A DNA stretch of 64,000 nt from Centroscyllium fabricii (lineage: Eukaryota), in NCBI GenBank assembly GCA_051313645.2, contig JBNRSN020000025.1:496001-560000 (forward strand), written 5' to 3'. The position numbers and the translations under genes are program-made. The notes beneath the pieces are model-generated. The model searched no databases. It was not told the DNA's origin and saw only the letters and a list, made by a program, of their open reading frames with translations. Positions 39,501-52,507 of this stretch are shown here, in pieces. Position 1 is the stretch's first letter; the number at the start of each line of letters is the position of its first letter.

Positions 39501-42500
39501 AGATGGATTTCATGTTCTTATAGATGGATCTCATTCTCTTATAGATGGATTTCATGCTCTTATAAATGGATTTCATGCTCTGATAGATTGATTTAATGTT
39601 CTTATAGATGGATTTCATGCTCTTATAGATGGATTTCATGTTCTTATTGATGGATTTCATGTTCTTATAGATGGATTTCATGTTCTTCTAGATAGATTTC
39701 ATGTTCTTATAGATGGATTTCATGTTCTTATAGATGGATTTCATGTTCTTATTGATAGATTTCATGTTCTTATAGATAGATTTCATTCTCTTATAGATGG
39801 ATTTCATGTTCTTATTGATGGATTTCATGTTCTTATAGATGGATTTCATGTTCTTATAGATAGATTTCATTCTCTTATAGATGGATTTCATGTTCTTATA
39901 GATGGATTTCATGTTCTTATAGATAGATTTCATTCTCTTATAGATAGATTTCATGTTCTTATAGATAGGTTTCATTCTCTTATAGATGGATTTCATGTTC
40001 TTATTGATGGATTTCATGTTCTTATAGATGGATTTCATGTTCTTCTAGATAGATTTCATGTTCTTATAGATAGATTTCATGTTCTTATAGATGGATTTCA
40101 TTCTCTTATAGATGGATTTCATGCTCTTATAGATGGATTTCATGTTCTTATAGATGGATTTCATTCTCTTATAGATGGATTTCATGTTCTTATAGTTCGA
40201 TTTCATGTTCTTATAGATAGATTTCATTCTCTTATAGATGGATTTCATGTTCTTCTAGATAGATTTCATGTTCTTATAGATAGATTTCATTCTCTTATAG
40301 ATGGATTTCATGCTCTTATAGATGGATTTCATGTTCTTATAGATGGATTTCATGCTCTTATAGATTGATTTCATGCTCTTATATATGGATTTCCTGCTCG
40401 TATAGATAGATTTCATTCTCTTATAGATGGATTTCATGCTCTTATAGATGGATTTCATGTTCATATAGATGGATTTCATTCTCTTATAGATAGATTTCAT
40501 GTTGTTATAGATAGATTTCATTCTCTTATAGATGGATTTCATGTTCTTATAGATGGATTTCACGCTCTTATAGATGGATTTCATGTTCTTATAGATGGAT
40601 TTCATGTTCTTATAGATGGATTTCACGCTCTTATAGATGGATTTCATGTTCTTATAGATGGATTTCATGTTCTTATAGATAGATTTCATTCTCTTATAGA
40701 TGGATTTCATGCTCTTATAGATGGATTTCATGTTCTTATAGAGAGATTTCATTCTCTTATAGATAGATTTCATGCTCTTATAGATGGATTTCATGCTCTT
40801 ATAGATGGATTTCCTGCTCGTATAGATAGATTTCATTCTCTTATAGATAGATTTCATGCTCTTATAGGTGGATTTCATGTTCTTATAGATGGATTTCATG
40901 TTCTTGTAGATAGATTTCATTCTCTTATAGATGGTTTTCATGCTCTTATAGATGGATTTCATGTTCATATAGATGGATTTCATTCTCTTATATATAGATT
41001 TCATGTTCTTATAGATGGATTTCATGTTCTTATAGATGGATTTCATGCTCTTATAGATGGATTTCATGTTCTTATAGATGGATTTCATGCTCTTATAGAT
41101 GGATTTCATTCTCTTATAGATACATTTCATGCTCTTATAGATGGATTTCATGCTCTTATAGATGGATTTCCTGCTCGTATAGATAGATTTCATTCTCTTA
41201 TCGATGGATTTCATTCTCTTATAGATACATTTCATGCTCTTATAGATGGATTTCATGCTCTTATAGATGGATTTCCTGCTCGTATAGATAGATTTCATTC
41301 TCTTATAGATGGATTTCATGCTCTTATAGATGGATTTCCTGCTCGTATAGATAGATTTCATTCTCTTATAGATGGATTTCATGCTCTTATAGGTGGATTT
41401 CATGTTCTTGTAGAGAGATTTCATGCTCTTATAGATGGATTTCATGTTCTTATAGATGGATTTCATGCTCTTATAGATGGATTTCATACTCTTATAGATA
41501 GATTTCATGTTCTTATAGATGGATTTCATTCTCTTATAGATAGATTTCATGCTCTTATAGATGGATTTCATGTTCTTATAGATGGATTTCATGCTCTTAT
41601 AGATGGATTTCATGTTCTTATAGGTGGATTTCATGTTCTTATAGATGGATTTCATGTTCTTATAGATGGATTTCATGCTCTTTTAGGTGGATTTCATGTT
41701 CTTATAGATGGATTTCATTCTCTTATAGATGGATTTCATGTTCTTATAGATGGATTTCATGCTCTTATAGATGGATTTCATGTTCTTATAGGTGGATTTC
41801 ATGTTCTTATAGATGGATTTCATGTTCTTATAGATGGATTTCATGCTCTTATAGGTGGATTTCATGTTCTTATAGATGGATTTCATGCTCTTATAGATGG
41901 ATTTCATGTTCTTATAGATGGATTTCAAGCTCTTATCGATGGATTTCATTCTCTTGTAGAGAGATTTCATGTTCTTATAGATGGATTTCATTCTCTTGTA
42001 GAGAGATTTCATGCTCTTATAGATGGATTTCATGTTCTTATAGATGGATTTCATTCTCTTGTAGAGAGATTTCATGCTCTTATAGATGGATTTCATGTTC
42101 TTATAGATGGATTTCATTCTCTTGTAGAGAGATTTCATGTTCTTATAGATGGATTTCATTCTCTTGTAGAGAGATTTCATGCTCTTATAGATGGATTTCA
42201 TGTTCTTATCGATGGATTTCATTCTCTTGTAGAGAGATTTCATGCTCTTATAGATGGATTTCATGTTCTTATAAATGGATTTCATTCTCTTATAGATGGA
42301 TTTCATTCTCTTATAGATGGATTTCATGTTCTTATAGATGGATTTCATTCTCTTATAGATGGATTTCATGCTCTTATAGATGGATCTCATTCTCTTATAG
42401 ATGGATTTCATGTTCTTATAGATAGATTTCATGTTCTTATAGATGGATTTCAAGCTCTTATCGATGGATTTCATGCTCTTATAGATGGATCTCATTCTCT

Positions 42501-43318
42501 TATAGATGGATTTCATGTTCTTATAGATGGATCTCATTCTCTTATAGATGGATTTCATGCTCTTATAGATGGATTTCATTCTCTTGTAGAGAGATTTCAT
42601 GCTCTTATAGATAGATTTCATGTTATTATAGATGGATTTCATTCTCTTATAGATGGATTTCATGCTCTTATAGATGGATCTCATTCTCTTATAGATAGAT
42701 TTCATGTTATTATAGATGGATTTCATTCTCTTATAGATGGATTTCATGCTCTTATAGATGGATCTCATTCTCTTATAGATGGATTTCATGTTCTTATAGA
42801 TGGATCTCATTCTCTTATAGATGGATTTCATGTTCTTATCGATGGATTTCATTCTCTTATAGATGGATTTCATGTTCTTATAGATGGATTTCATTCTCTT
42901 ATAGATGGATTTCATGCTCTTATAGATGGATCTCATTCTCTTATAGATGGATTTCATGCTCTTATAGATGGATCTCATTCTCTTATAGATAGATTTCATG
43001 CTCTTATAGATGGATTTCAAGCTCTTATCGATGGATTTCATTCTCTTGTAGAGAGATTTCATGCTCTTATAGATGGATTTCATGCTCTTATAGATGGATT
43101 TCATGTTCCTATAGATGGATTTCATGTTCTTATAGATAGATTTCATTCTCTTGTAGATAGATTTCTTTCTCTTATAGATAGATTTCATGTTCTTATAGAT
43201 GGATTTCATGTTCTTATAGAGAGACTTCATTCTCTTATAAATTTCATGCTCTTATAGATGGATTTCATGCTCTTATAGATGGATTTCATTCTCTAAAAGA
43301 TGGATTTCATGCTCTAAC
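12599..43318. repeat. 21-bp satellite, main block with higher-order repeats
   Basis: Continuous monomers ATG(C/T)TCTT or ATTCTCTT plus ATAGAT(G/A)GATTTC; identical ORF-track translations at 861, 2667, 3246 and 7803 bp offsets. Confidence 0.99.
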
Positions 43319-46300
43319 TGTCACAGGGTGCCTGTTCCTTTAAGAATGAGAAACAGTTTTTGTGGTGCTTCACAGCTGTTTTGAGGACTGGGTTCCCTTG
43401 TTATGTCATTAATTATTCTATTATCTGTCTATTGCTAGTTGTGTCCTGCTCTCATTGCCTCCAAGTTATTGGCTATCACCAAAGGGTTTGCTTGCTGGTT
43501 TTAGTTCTTAAACTGGAGGTAGGCATGAGAGCAGCGCGGGATCATTGTACTGTATTGTATTGTAATGTGTTACGGAACTGGACTTCTACCACACATTCTA
43601 CAGGCCACTGGACAAAGTGGTTACTGCTGTTGAGCTGAGTGGCCGTCAGAGGCAAGGAGGTTTGGAGATCGACTGACTCAGCCTTTACTTTGCACTCTGC
43701 TATTTCAGGTGCTCAGGCTGAGTTGCCCGACAGGGTCATTGGGGTGGAACTCATATCACTCTGCCTTGACAGTGCGCCCTGCTATCGGGAACCCAGCAAT
43801 GGACAACTCATATGTGGAGTAAGGGCGTTCCCCTGCTTGTGGATCTGAATCCACTACTTGGACATTCGTTTCTTCATCCGAACCCAGGTTTGGACATTGG
43901 ATACCTGTATGCAGAAGCTGTTCCCAAATCCTCTACGAAGTATTTGGATTGTGATGTCCTACTCGCAGAGGAGAACTTGTTCGTTTCTCTTTAAGTATTT
44001 GGATTGTGATGTCCTGCTTCTAGAGGAGAGCTCGTTTAAGTTGGACAGTTATGCCTGGACTTGTATTCCTCGGGAGAATGACGCGCTTGGTTGCGTGGCA
44101 CCCCTCTATCCATTACTCACTATTTTGGGAAGTCTGTGCCAGTCTTTAGATAAGACTTGTGTTCAATATGTTTCTTATATATTTGTATGTTTATACTATT
44201 TTATGGGGTTGTGTAATAAAGGAGTTTAGTTATATAAGACGTTTCAGTGTCTCTGCATTTGGGCCTCGCCCTCATTCCATTTACACCTACCCGCTACAGA
44301 ATGATCCCGCCACGCCAAATTTGGGGCTCAGCAGACACTGTAGCGTCTAAGCACTCCTTAAATTTTTTTTTGGTAGACTGTTGTCTCTTCTCTGTACCCT
44401 CCGCCCACCCTATTTCGGCATATTGGGTATTTGGGCCGTCGCCGTCGGCCCTTAAGGGGGGGGTCCTGTCACAGGGTGCCTGTTCCTTTAAGAATGAGAA
44501 ACAGTTTTTGTGGTGCTTCACAGCTGTTTTGAGGACTGGGTTCCCTTGTTATGTCATTAATTATTCTATTATCTGTCTATTGCTAGTTGTGTCCTGCTCT
44601 CATTGCCTCCAAGTTATTGGCTATCACCAAAGGGTTTGCTTGCTGGTTTTAGTTCTTAAACTGGAGGTAGGCATGAGAGCAGCGCGGGATCATTGTACTG
44701 TATTGTATTGTAATGTGTTACGGAACTGGACTTCTACCACACATTCTACAGGCCACTGGACAAAGTGGTTACTGCTGTTGAGCTGAGTGGCCGTCAGAGG
44801 CAAGGAGGTTTGGAGATCGACTGACTCAGCCTTTACTTTGCACTCTGCTATTTCAGGTGCTCAGGCTGAGTTGCCCGACAGGGGCATTGGGGTGGAACTC
44901 ATATCACTCTGCCTTGACAGTGCGCCCTGCTATCGGGAACCCAGCAATGGACAACTCATATGTGGAGTAAGGGCGTTCCCCTGCTTGTGGATCTGAATCC
45001 ACTACTTGGACATTCGTTTCTTCATCCGAACCCAGGTTTGGACATTGGATACCTGTATGCAGAAGCTGTTCCCAAATCCTCTACGAAGTATTTGGATTGT
45101 GATGTCCTACTCGCAGAGGAGAACTTGTTCGTTTCTCTTTAAGTATTTGGATTGTGATGTCCTGCTTCTAGAGGAGAGCTCGTTTAAGTTGGACAGTTAT
45201 GCCTGGACTTGTATTCCTCGGGAGAATGACGCGCTTGGTTGCGTGGCACCCCTCTATCCATTACTCACTATTTTGGGAAGTCTGTGCCAGTCTTTAGATA
45301 AGACTTGTGTTCAATATGTTTCTTATATATTTGTATGTTTATACTATTTTATGGGGTTGTGTAATAAAGGAGTTTAGTTATATAAGACGTTTCAGTGTCT
45401 CTGCATTTGGGCCTCGCCCTCATTCCATTTACACCTACCCGCTACAGAATGATCCCGCCACGCCAAATTTGGGGCTCAGCAGACACTGTAGCGTCTAAGC
45501 ACTCCTTAAATTTTTTTTTTGTAGACTGTTGTCTCTTCTCTGTACCCTCCGCCCACCCTATTTCGGCATATTGGGTATTTGGGCCGTCGCCGTCGGCCCT
45601 TAAGGGGGGGGTCCTGTCACAGGGTGCCTGTTCCTTTAAGAATGAGAAACAGTTTTTGTGGTGCTTCACAGCTGTTTTGAGGACTGGGTTCCCTTGTTAT
45701 GTCATTAATTATTCTATTATCTGTCTATTGCTAGTTGTGTCCTGCTCTCATTGCCTCCAAGTTATTGGCTATCACCAAAGGGTTTGCTTGCTGGTTTTAG
45801 TTCTTAAACTGGAGGTAGGCATGAGAGCAGCGCGGGATCATTGTACTGTATTGTATTGTAATGTGTTACGGAACTGGACTTCTACCACACATTCTACAGG
45901 CCACTGGACGAAGTGGTTACTGCTGTTGAGCTGAGTGGCCGTCAGAGGCAAGGAGGTTTGGGGATCGACTGACTCAGCCTTTACTTTGCACTCTGCTATT
46001 TCAGGTGCTCAGGCTGAGTTGCCCGACAGGGGCATTGGGGTGGAACTCATATCACTCTGCCTTGACAGTGCGCCCTGCTATCGGGAACCCAGCAATGGAC
46101 AACTCATATGTGGAGTAAGGGCGTTCCCCTGCTTGTGGATCTGAATCCACTACTTGGACATTCGTTTCTTCATCCGAACCCAGGTTTGGACATTGGATAC
46201 CTGTATGCAGAAGCTGTTCCCAAATCCTCTACGAAGTATTTGGATTGTGATGTCCTACTCGCAGAGGAGAACTTGTTCGTTTCTCTTTAAGTATTTGGAT

Positions 46301-46595
46301 TGTGATGTCCTGCTTCTAGAGGAGAGCTCGTTTAAGTTGGACAGTTATGCCTGGACTTGTATTCCTCGGGAGAATGACACGCTTGGTTGCGTGGCACCCC
46401 TCTATCCATTACTCACTATTTTGGGAAGTCTGTGCCAGTCTTTAGATAAGACTTGTGTTCAATATGTTTCTTATATATTTGTATGTTTATACTATTTTAT
46501 GGGGTTGTGTAATAAAGGAGTTTAGTTATATAAGACATTTCAGTGTCTCTGCATTTGGGCCTCGCCCTCATTCCGTTAACACCAAATCCGCTACA
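43319..46595 (+). mobile_element. Non-coding tandem LTR element (LTR-int-LTR-int-LTR, 1148-bp period; TRIM-like)
   Basis: LTRs 43319-44298, 44467-45446 and 45615-46595 (TGTCACA...CTACA); 168-bp internal parts ending in a hairpin plus PPT AAGGGGGGGG; 5-bp TSD CTAAC (43314-43318, 46596-46600). Confidence 0.88.
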
Positions 46596-46758
46596 CTAAC
46601 AGATGGATTTCATGCTCTTATAGATGGAGTTCATGCTCTTATAGATGGATTTCTTGCTCTTATAGATGGATTTCATGCTCTTATAGATGGATTTCATGTT
46701 CTTATAGATAGATTTCATGCTCTTATAGATGGATTTCCTGCTCGTATAGATAGATTTC
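46596..46758. repeat. 21-bp satellite, block C
   Basis: About 8 monomers between the two LTR insertions. Confidence 0.95.
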
Positions 46759-47756
46759 TGTAACGGAGGTGTGTGGGGCCCAAATGCAAAGACACTGATA
46801 AAACTGTCTAGGTCTTAAATCCTTTATATACCAAACAGTAATGAAAAAACATACATGCATACATTCAAGAAGTTACAAAACATAATTAAATGGCATACAA
46901 ATAGTTATAACAGAAAACAAGTTCCTTTACGAACTGGTACTAAACTTCCCTTGGTGCATGGAACGATACGCAACCAAGCGCATCATAGTGTTGTGAATTA
47001 CATGTCCAACCCTGACTACAGGTGGTAGAGAGAAAATGTCCAGGAAGTTGAATTAGGAATACTCCCGAGTCCGCCCTACGGTCGAAACTCACTCCAACGG
47101 AGTCTTCAGAGGAAGAATCCATCTTCACAAACAAGGAAACTCCTCACATACCCTACTGAAACGTCCAAACCTCAGTTCGGGTGATATCGACCAATGTCCA
47201 GGAAGTTGAATTAGGAATACTCCCGAGTCCGCCCTATGGTCGAAACTCACTCCAACGGAGTCTTCAGAGCAAGAATCCCTGATCTACTTAGCAGGGGAAC
47301 GCCCTTACTTATCTAATGGAATGTCCAAACCTGAGTTCAGGAGGTAAAGTGCAATGTCCTGAATGTAGACAACCGTAGTTCTCCGAAGTCCGCTCCACAG
47401 CTAAGACTTTACTCTACCCGAGTTTCCTGAAGAGAATACATCATCTACAAGGCAGGGGAACACCCACACCCATTGCCTCTCCAGCAGCTCAGACAGCAAC
47501 CACTTCTTCCAATGGTTCGTAGTAATGAGTAGTAAGTAGAGTCTAATGATCCGGCCTCTGCCTGGTCAAAGCACCCAGCTTATAAGCCAAAACAGGCAAA
47601 CCAGATTATTTAGTGCTAGCCAATAAGCTGCAGGTATTGATAACCAGGAACACACAGGTATGTGAAACAGTTAATTGAAATACAATGAACCAAAACAGAG
47701 AAACAAAACCTAGAATTCCAAAATGGATTCCTTAAAGGGGAATGCCATCTGTGACA
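46759..47756 (-). mobile_element. Solo LTR related to the tandem element, opposite orientation
   Basis: Minus strand starts TGTCACAG and ends CCGTTACA; shares AGTAAGGGCGTTCCCCTGCT, CAGTGTCT.TGCATTTGGGCC and GGATCATT with the 980-bp LTR; GATTTC on both flanks; internal ~85-bp duplication (~47036 and ~47194). Confidence 0.82.
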
Positions 47757-50700
47757 GATTTCATTCTCTTGTAGAGAGATTTCATGCTCTTCTAGATGGA
47801 TTTCATGCTCTTCTAGATGGATTTCATGTTCTTATAGATAGATTTCATTCTCTTATAGATAGATTTCATGTTCTTATAGATGGATTTCATTCTCTTATAG
47901 ATGGATTTCATGCTCTTATAGATGGATTTCATGTTCTTATAGAGAGATTTCATTCTCTTATAGATAGATTTCATGCTCTTATAGATGGATTTCATGCTCT
48001 TATAGATGTATTTCATGTTCTTATAGAGAGATTTCATGCTCTTATAGATGGATTTCATGCTCTTATAGATAGATTTCATTCTCTAAAAGATGGATTTCAT
48101 GCTCTAACAGATGGATTTCATGCTCTTATAGATGGAGTTCATGCTCTTATAGATGGATTTCATGATCTTATAGATGGATTTCATGCTCTTATAGATGGAT
48201 TTCATGTTCTTATAGATAGATTTCATGCTCTTATAGATGGATTTCTTGCTCGTATAGATAGATTTCATACTCTTATAGATAGATTTCATTCTCTTATAGA
48301 TGGATTTCATGCTCTTATAGATGGATTTCATGTTCCTATAGATGGATTTCATGTTCTTATAGATAGATTTCATTCTCTTATAGATAGATTTCATGTTCTT
48401 ATAGATGGATTTCATTCTCTTATAGTTGGATTTCATGCTCTTATAGATGGATTTCATGTTCTTATAGAGAGATTTCATTCTCTTATAGATAGATTTCATG
48501 CTCTTATAGATGGATTTCATGCTCTTATAGATGGATTTCATGTTCTTATAGAGAGATTTCATGCTCTTATAGATGGATTTCATGCTCTTATAGATAGATT
48601 TCATTCTCTAACAGATGATTTCATGCTCTTATAGATGGAGTTCATGCTCTTATAGATGGATTTCATGATCTTATAGATAGATTTCATTCTCTTATAGATG
48701 GAGTTCATGCTCTTGTAGAGAGATTTCATGCTCTTATAGATAGATTTCATGCTCTTATAGATAGATTTCATGCTCTTATAGATGGATTTCATGTTCTTAT
48801 AGATAGATTTCATTCTCTTATAGATAGATTTCATGCTCTTATAGATGGATATCATGCTCTTATAGATGGATTTCCTGCTCGTATAGATAGATTTCATGCT
48901 CTTATAGATAGATTTCATTCTCTTATAGATAGATTTCATGCTCTTATAGATGGATTTCATGCTCTTATAGATGGATTTCCTGCTCGTATAGATAGATTTC
49001 ATTCTCTTATGGATGGATTTCATGTTCTTATAGATGGATTTCATGCTCTTATAGATGGATTTCATGTTCCTATAGATGGATTTCATGTTCTTATAGATAG
49101 ATTTCATTCTCTTATAGATGGATTTCATGCTCTTATAGATGGATTTCATGTTCTTATAGAGAGATTTCATTCTCTTATAGATAGATTTCATGCTCTTATA
49201 GATGGATTTCATGCTCTTATAGATGGATTTCATGTTCTTATAGAGAGATTTCATGCTCTTATAGATGGATTTCATGCTCTTATAGATAGATTTCATTCTC
49301 TAAAAGATGGATTTCATGCTCTAAAAGATGGATTTCATGCTCTTATAGATGGAGTTCATGCTCTTATAGATGGATTTCATGATCTTATAGATGGATTTCA
49401 TGCTCTTATAGATGGATTTCATGTTCTTATAGATAGATTTCATGCTCTTATAGATGGATTTCTTGCTCGTATAGATAGATTTCATACTCTTATAGATAGA
49501 TTTCATTCTCTTATAGATAGATTTCGTGCTCTTGTAGAGAGATTTCATGCTCTTATAGATAGATTTCATGCTCTTATAAATAGATTTCATGCTCTTATAG
49601 ATGGATTTCTTGCTCGTATAGATAGATTTCATACTCTTATAGATAGATTTCATTCTCTTATAGATAGATTTCATGCTCTTGTAGAGAGATTTCATGCTCT
49701 TATAGATAGATTTCATGCTCTTATAAATAGATTTCATGCTCTTATAGATAGATTTCATGCTCTTATAAATAGATTTCATGCTCTTATAGATAGATTTCAT
49801 TCTCTTATAGATAGATTTCATGCTCTTATAGATGGATTTCATGCTTTTATAGATGGATTTCCTGCTCGTATAGATAGATTTCATGCTCTTATACATAGAT
49901 TTCATTCTCTTATAGATAGATTTCATGCTCTTATAGATGGATTTCCTGCTCGTGTAGATAGATTTCATGCTCTTATAGATAGATTTCATTCTCTTATAGA
50001 TAGATTTCATGCTCGTATAGATGGATTTCATGCTCTTATAGATGGATTTCATGATCTTATAGATGGATTTCCTGCTCGTATAGATAGATTTCATTCTCTT
50101 ATAGATGGAGTTCATGCTCTTGTAGAGAGATTTCATGCTCTTATAGATAGATTTCATGCTCTTATAGATAGATTTCATGCTCTTATAGATGGATTTCATG
50201 TTCTTATAGATAGATTTCATTCTCTTATAGATAGATTTCATGCTCTTATAGATGGATTTCATGCTCTTATAGATGGATTTCCTGCTCGTATAGGTAGATT
50301 TCATGCTCTTATACATAGATTTCATTCTCTTATAGATAGATTTCATGCTCTTATAGATAGATTTCATTCTCTTATAGATAGATTTCATGCTCGTATAGAT
50401 GGATTTCATGCTCTTATAGATAGGTTTCATTCTCTTATAGATAGATTTCATGCTCTTATAGATGGATTTCATGTTCTTATAGATAGATTTCATTCTCTTA
50501 TAGATAGATTTCATGCTCTTTTAGATGGATTTCATGTTCTTATAGATGGATTTCATGTTCTTATAGATGGATTTCATGCTCTTAAAATGGATTTCATGTT
50601 CTTATAGATACATTTCATGCTCTTTTAGATGGATTTCATGCTCTTATAGATGAATTTCATGCTCTTATAGATGGATTTCATGCTCTTATAGATGGATTTC

Positions 50701-52235
50701 ATGCTCGTATAGATAGATTTCATGCTCTTATAGATAGATTTCATGCTCTTATAGATAGATTTCATTCTCTTATAGATGGATTTCATGCTCTTATAGATGA
50801 ATTTCATGTTCTTATAGATGGATTTCATGTTCTTATAGATGGATTTCATGCTCTTATAGATGGATTTCATGTTCTTATAGATAGATTTCATACTCTTATA
50901 GATAGATTTCATTCTCTTATAGATAGATTTCATGCTCTTGTAGAGAGATTTCATGCTCTTATAGATAGATTTCATGCTCTTATAAATAGATTTCATGCTC
51001 TTATAGATAGATTTCATGCTCTTATAAATAGATTTCATGCTCTTATAGATAGATTTCATTCTCTTATAGATAGATTTCATGCTCTTATAGATGGATTTCA
51101 TGCTTTTATAGATGGATTTCCTGCTCGTATAGATAGATTTCATGCTCTTATACATAGATTTCATTCTCTTATAGATAGATTTCATGCTCTTATAGATGGA
51201 TTTCCTGCTCGTGTAGATAGATTTCATGCTCTTATAGATAGATTTCATTCTCTTATAGATAGATTTCATGCTCGTATAGATGGATTTCATGCTCTTATAG
51301 ATGGATTTCATGATCTTATAGATGGATTTCCTGCTCGTATAGATAGATTTCATTCTCTTATAGATGGAGTTCATGCTCTTGTAGAGAGATTTCATGCTCT
51401 TATAGATAGATTTCATGCTCTTATAGATGGATTTCATGTTCTTATAGATAGATTTCATTCTCTTATAGATAGATTTCATGCTCTTATAGATGGATTTCAT
51501 GCTCTTATAGATGGATTTCCTGCTCGTATAGATAGATTTCATGCTCTTATACATAGATTTCATTCTCTTATAGATAGATTTCATGCTCTTATAGATAGAT
51601 TTCATTCTCTTATAGATAGATTTCATGCTCGTATAGATGGATTTCATGCTCTTATAGATAGGTTTCATTCTCTTATAGATAGATTTCATGCTCTTATAGA
51701 TGGATTTCATGTTCTTATAGATAGATTTCATTCTCTTATAGATAGATTTCATGCTCTTTTAGATGGATTTCATGTTCTTATAGATGGATTTCATGTTCTT
51801 ATAGATGGATTTCATTCTCTTTTATAGTTAAATTTCATTCTCTTATAGATGGATTTCATGCTCTTATAGATGGATTTCATGCTCTTATAGATGGATTTCA
51901 TGCTCGTATAGATAGATTTCATGCTCTTATAGATAGATTTCATGCTCTTATAGATAGATTTCATTCTCTTATAGATGGATTTAATGCTCTTATAGATGAA
52001 TTTCATGTTCTTATAGATGGATTTCATGTTCTTATAGATGGATTTCATGCTCTTATAGATGGATTTCATGCTCTTATAGATAGATTTCATGCTCTTATAG
52101 ATGGATTTCATTCTCTTATAGATAGATTTCATGCTCTTATATATAGGTTTCATGCTCTTATAGATAGATTTCATGCTCTTATAGATGGATTTCATGCTCT
52201 TATAGATGGATTTCATGCTCTTATCGATGGATTTC
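47757..52235. repeat. 21-bp satellite, block D
   Basis: Same monomer, richer in GATAG and GCT variants; 1238-bp internal duplication. Confidence 0.98.
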
Positions 52236-52378
52236 TAAACACAAAATGTATCAAGAGGCATGGGGAGAGAGCGGGAATGTGGTATTGAGGTAGAGGATCA
52301 GCCATGATATTGAATGGCGGAGCAGGCTCGAAGGGTGAATGGCTGACTCCTGCTCCTATTTTTCTATGCTTCTATATT
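52223..52378 (+). mobile_element. CR1 3'-end fragment continuous with the last satellite monomer
   Basis: Reads IDGFLNTKCIKRHGERAGMWY*, collinear with the ORF2 C-termini in this window (IDSFLEEKGIKGYGERAGKWT*), followed by the CR1 3' UTR and tail. Confidence 0.85.
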
Positions 52379-52507
52379 TCCATAATCCTTGGTTACTTTT
52401 TTCCGCCATCAAATGTATCTCTAAATCCCTCTCCCCTGCCCCCTCCAGCCTCACCTCCAACAACAAGCCCTAGCTGCTCATGGGCTACTTTATCATTAAG
52501 ATTGAGC

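Noticed and set aside
44320-44335. TTTGGGGCTCAG as a tRNA-Pro primer-binding site
   Set aside because: It lies more than 20 nt from the LTR end and matches only ~7 nt; the 11-nt self-complementary site adjacent to the LTR fits better.
43319-46595. Retrozyme (hammerhead-bearing non-autonomous LTR element)
   Set aside because: I found no CTGANGA...GAAA core on either strand of the LTR by eye. An Infernal scan for other ribozyme classes would still be worthwhile.
43360-46763. Short ORFs repeated three times in the 1148-bp unit
   Set aside because: They have no recognisable domains and are incidental frames within LTR sequence.
12595-52216. Dozens of long ORFs encoding (MKSIYK[S/N/R])n on the minus strand and (LIDGFH[A/V/S])n on the plus strand, resembling heptad-repeat proteins
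   Set aside because: They follow automatically from a 21-bp unit with stop-free frames. Stops and 17/20-bp frameshifting monomers are scattered and copied within the HORs, and there are no unique termini or splice context. The IDGF/IDRF reading is explained by CR1 ancestry.
10428-52235. Possible CRISPR-like array or information-bearing code in the variant monomers
   Set aside because: There are no unique spacers and no cas genes; the context is eukaryotic and the variant order is explained by block duplications.
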